From contig JBHGNT010000001.1 in assembly GCA_043228905.1 (NCBI GenBank), positions 28,024,001-28,088,000 of the forward strand: 64,000 bases of DNA, written 5' to 3'. Below the pieces are notes generated by a model. It was not told the origin of the DNA. It saw nothing but the letters and a program-made list of their open reading frames with translations, and did no database searches. How positions within the stretch are numbered: the stretch's first letter is position 1; each line of letters begins with the position of its first letter. The position numbers and the translations under genes were made by a program. This document shows, one piece after another, positions 50,692 through 64,000 of this stretch. The DNA is from Azolla caroliniana. Lineage: Eukaryota; Plantae; Polypodiophyta.

Positions 50692-53425
50692 ATCAATGTT
50701 TTCTATTTTTTTCTATTTTTTCATAGTTTTCAAAGAATTGTTATATAAATATGTTGTATGAATATATATATGTGTAATATCGACAAAGTTGATCCTGGGC
50801 CCAAAAAGGCTTAATTTACTGTAGTAAATTGACTGATGTAGAAATTGAATATGTTTTATGAAGATATATTCAATATTAAAACTATAAGTCTATAAGCTTT
50901 ACTGTTGGTAACAATAGCTTTACTGCTGAGGAAATGGCTTCTTAGAACATGACTTCACTATTTTGATTTGTAATAGTAACTTTTACCCAACCCTTTCTTG
51001 TATCTAGACTAGTCATTCGGTATGACTTAATACCATTCTGACCACTGTTTAATAACAGTTATTCTCACATTATTGGTTGTGCCATAAAACTACCTTTAAA
51101 GGATTTTGAATATGGAAATTTGTGTGGTGGATAAAAGTTTGTCATGTCAAGGTTTGCCAGAGATCAAGTAACTTGAAGGACCTCAACATTATTCTCCCTA
51201 TTAATATAAAGAAAATATTTTTGTAGTCATCATACAAAACGCAAATGTTTGATCACATAGCATCTTAAGAAATGCATATTTAATGTCGACCAATTGTAAC
51301 AAGAAAATCCACGTTGTGTCTATGAAATTCCACAAGGAATAGTTGATGTGAAAATCTTAATGAGAGCTCATAGACCTTGGCATCCCAAGTTATTGTACCT
51401 TTATTAGAAGAGGAGAAAACATCTAAGGAAGATACATCATAAAATGATTTATGAGATTGAAGAAGTGATTAACATTTTAGAAAGAAGGATACATCATAAA
51501 AATGGTCTAGAAAAAACAAAAGAGATCATATCAAGACATTAAATAAGAGATTACTAAACATAAATGCAAAGATTAAACTTATATTTGCAGTCATATCCAT
51601 CTTATTGTCTTATTTTCAGTATGAAGGCCCCTTGAAACCATTGATCAGCAATATCAACTCTCAACCCCATACTCAATTGCCAAAAATGGTAGTTGACCTT
51701 ACATAGATCTATGTATACAATGATACAACACCATTTCATAGCCATTACAAGGACGAAATAAAACAAGAATGAATTGAAGAATATTGAAGGGGTTTGCCTA
51801 CATTACATAATATGCCTTTCCAACTTTTGTCAAAATGCACTAGTCTAATATCCTTGGAAAGGTTTCCACATGAAGCCAAAAGTGGTCACATAAAGACAAC
51901 ATCAAGGACTGAGGGACATGATTACAATAAAATCAGTAGTAGATCATTCTTAAGTTATATATGTTGGATGGGTGGTAAAACTTCATTTCTTCAGGCGATT
52001 AAAAAATAATATGCTTACACTATCTTTGCAAATTTTCTCAAATAGAAAAGTGTAATAAGTAGAATAATTGAATACCTTATGCATTTGAAATATTTCACAA
52101 CAAGAAAAGTATATAAACATCTAGATAAGTGAAATAAAGTGTTACATTACAATCGTCTAATTTGATGGCTTTTGATTTAACCTCAATTCAGGTAAATTCT
52201 TCTTATGTGTTCTCGTCCTTAGGTGTTCTCTCTCACAAATGTCATGTTGGGCGATTCAAATGGATGTCTACCCTCGCCTAGTTCAAAATGGGTGTCAACG
52301 ATTCTTAGGCATGCAATGAAATGCTAACCACTTTAGCAAACTACTCATTACATTAGTCTCTCTACAAAATTATGCTTAGTTAAAACTCAATCCTACAATC
52401 CTACGATCTTAATCAAATGACTTGACCAAACAAGAAACAAGAAAAAACAATAGGAAATTACATCACGCCTCAATTATTTAAGTTAATCAACACTAATTAC
52501 GAGATAGCTCAAGCGCTTAAGATAGAATACATCAAGCTTAAACTCTTTGATATGAATGAGATAGATAGAGATTCAAAAGCTCTAACCTAACGTGAGCAAT
52601 TGAAAATGTAAGAAAGCTGCACCGTTGGCTTTTATACTTCCCTTAGTTCTACGTGTTTGTTTTTGAACAAAACGTTTTTCAACCCCGCATCGACCCCGAA
52701 TTCTTAAGCTCCTCGTCCAAACTTCTTGGGCTCATGGGCAGCTCCACAAACAATGTGCAATGTCCTCCAAACTCTCTCCACATGCCTTGCAATTACTCAT
52801 GCCACCCACTCTCCGGTTGGATCAATCTGATGGGTAATTAACCAAAAAAACACCTTAACCCTCTTGGGGAGGGATGAGTTCCACATCCTGCTCCTCGTTC
52901 TATCCACAAAGACTGAATTGACAGCTACATGGGTCCATTTGTTGGCATACTTCTCACGATGCAAGCATAACTGTCTCCTCGAGCGAGTTGAGTAGTCAAA
53001 GAAACCTCTTGATTTATCTTGTTTGCCCCTCTACATATATTCTGCAAGATCCCATTCTAAACCCTCAAGTGGCTTGCCTTCAACTACATACAAGATCCAA
53101 TCCTCCTCAACCTCAGCGGCGATTGATGGATTCACCTTCCATTTCATATCGTCTCGTGCCACAATTCTAATCGGGAACCAACGAGCACCTACAACTGCTG
53201 ATCACAACTGGATGATCTTCCTATTCTTCCCATGCTTTCTTAGAATGGTCCACTTGAAGCCAAAAGTGATCGCACAAATACAACATCACTATCTTAAGGG
53301 TCACACTAATAATAATAAAACGAACATTAGACTTTCTTATGTAGGCCGGATGGGTGGTACCCTTTATTCCTTCGGGAATTATTTGAAGACATTTGACTAG
53401 AACATAAAATGCCTATCATGTCTCT

Positions 53426-54037
53426 TTGCAAAGGGCCCGGTTTCGGATCAAACCGAACCGAACCAAAAAACCGTGGCTTAACGGTTTATAGGTTCAAAGA
53501 TAAAAAAATGGTTTGGTTTGGTTTCAAATGTTACTAATCGGTTTCGGTTCGGTTTTGAATTTACGATTTATCGGTTTCTGTTTATGTGGTTCAGTTTAAA
53601 TGTTTATAGGTTAAAAAATACTCAAAAATATTCTCTATATGTGGAGTCTCTCCTTTTCATTTATGATGATCAATTATGATAAGTATGATGATCAAATTTA
53701 TGATAAGTATAATGATCAACTTTATGATATGTATGATGACAAAATTTATGATAAGTATGATGACAAAACTTATGATGATTTTCTCGCACAAATTTATAAT
53801 AAGTATGATGACAAAACTTATGATGATTTTCTCACACAAATTTATAATAAGTATGATGATTAATATCAATAAAAAATGGTTTGGTTTTGATTTATAATAA
53901 ACCGGTTTGGTTTGGTTTAAATGGCTTCATAAATTTTAAAAACAGTTTGGTTCGGTTCTTATTATTAATAAATGGTTTGGTTTGGTTTCAAGGCCAAGAA
54001 ACCGAACCAAACCGAAACCGAACCAGGTCCATTGCTA
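53426..54037. mobile_element. Non-autonomous hAT element (MITE), 612 bp
   Basis: 8-bp TSD ATGTCTCT (53418-53425, 54038-54045); imperfect TIRs 13/17; subterminal AACCG/CGGTT arrays. Confidence 0.85.
53661..53860. repeat. TATGAT-based minisatellite inside the hAT MITE
   Basis: Repeats of about 24 bp (TATGATAAGTATGATGACAAAATT) and a 48-bp higher-order duplication. Confidence 0.85.
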
Positions 54038-54763
54038 ATGTCTCTATAAAAGCTCTCAACAACAAAAATATAATAGCTCCAGTAAGGTAAGTACCTTAAA
54101 CAGTTCACAACATTCTCCTGATAATATGAAATGAAGGTCACATTGTAATCTTCTAACGTGAAGGCCTTCAATTTAAACCCATCTGCAAATTACCATAAAC
54201 TTGAAAATCGTGTGCTCCAGTTAACTTTTTATATGTTCATGAAACTGTTCTATGTCATGCCTAGATTCTAGAACAAATATCTAGAGGGAAGGTGCTCATG
54301 AGCATTCAGATGTTTACCAAAAACACGAGATAAATAAACACAGATTCACATAATCTACATCAGTTTAATTAAACTTATGTTTGTGTTCATATCCATCTTA
54401 CTGTCTTAATTTTTCTACAAAGGTCCCTTAAGACCATAAGTAAAAAGATCAACATTCATCGCAATCCTCAATTGCAGAAAATGGTAACCAACCATACATT
54501 GAATAAGTGTGTATATAACAATACAACCCCATTTGATAGACTGCAGATTCAAGGTTAATAAAATCCATTAAACGATGAAATAAAACAATTATAAAATCCA
54601 CAATATTGAAGGGTGTCTATGTGTACATGTATGGCCAATAAGCTTGAAACACTCTTTGAGGAGGTCAATAAATGAACTTCTTAAAAAGAGCTTCAAATGA
54701 TCACTCATAATCATCATAGTTCAATTGTCATTCAATCGAACTGACAATGAATGAATGACCAAC

Positions 54764-63037
<8,274 letters not shown>

Positions 63038-64000
63038 CTAAAGGGAACAGTCAAATGTAAGAATAAATAAGTGATTATATTTATCTAGTATGGTGGTCAC
63101 ATGATTCAATCTAAGTTTCTATAAATGAGCATATTGCATCTTTTAACAACTTCAAACCCCACGTTGGTGAATTATAGAACTCAATTTGTTCTCGAGATGT
63201 AAGGCCCATTTTTCGTTTTTGGACATTTATGTGGTCTCTTCATATTAATCGTTGGGTTGTTTATATCCAGGGACAAATCTGCATGCAGGATTACTGCTGA
63301 ATCCTTGGCACCCGGAATGGGCATTATCCACCTTTGGCACGTGTAAGGATGTTGTGCCAGAATCACCAGTTCATTTCCTAAAGCCCTGTTCACATGTTCA
63401 TGCAGTCTGGTGTTCTGTAACGTCATTCCCATTGCATGATGAATTGCCTTCTGCATTTATCTCTTGTAGTGCACTCCTGTAGTCACAGCATAAATTGGGT
63501 TTGTATTTGTTCTATGAGGGAGTTTCTTTGACCCCTGCCATCATGCTCATGCAACTGGATATTCTCAAGGCACATTGGATATGATGTCTAAGGAGACATA
63601 TTGTTATGATAGATACATTGTTTTTTTGTAGCGTAGATAGTATTACTTTGTGGTGTATGAAGAAGACTCATTGCTCTCATACTCCAAGTTATGGAACTCT
63701 TCCATCTCAGGCTGACTCTAATTAACGTATGATGGAATCTTGTTCATGGCTTCAGGAGTCAATGGGATGCTTCCCTGCACATAGACAGAGGAGAAAGAAG
63801 GCAAACTTTCCTCTTCCTGGGAAATTTTGTTCCATTACTTAGCAATGAAGTCCACCACCACGGTTTATTCTGCACAACTTCCATTAGCATTGACTAAAAA
63901 CTGAGATCCTTAATTTATAGTAGTTGTATATACCAGTGCACAATCATCAGAATTAGGCACTCAGCAATTCCAACGTTTTTTTGTATAGTTGGTAAAACAA

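Noticed and set aside
53639-53897. ORFs with YDKYDD / IIILII repeats
   Set aside because: Translations of the minisatellite inside the hAT MITE.
63181-63482. ORFs in the last kinase intron of the window
   Set aside because: No LRR pattern or identifiable exon boundaries; likely a TE fragment.

Overview
Eukaryotic (land-plant) nuclear DNA. 217-18450 is a nest of LTR retrotransposons. The outer element has 440-bp LTRs and TSD CTAAC. It carries a tRNA-Arg-like PBS motif at BOTH inner LTR borders, no polypurine tract, and one long stop-interrupted coiled-coil ORF. Three decayed Ty1/copia elements sit inside it and appear fused by a recombination/deletion. Next come an 8-exon SEC11 signal peptidase gene (19687-32371), with a very young TG..TA-ended copia in intron 5, and about 13 kb of AT-rich decayed TE debris. 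The window ends with a 3-exon EDR4-like double zinc-ribbon gene (46304-50691), a hAT MITE, and the 3' part of a minus-strand LRR-malectin receptor kinase that continues beyond the window. All coordinates were read by eye; no searches were run.
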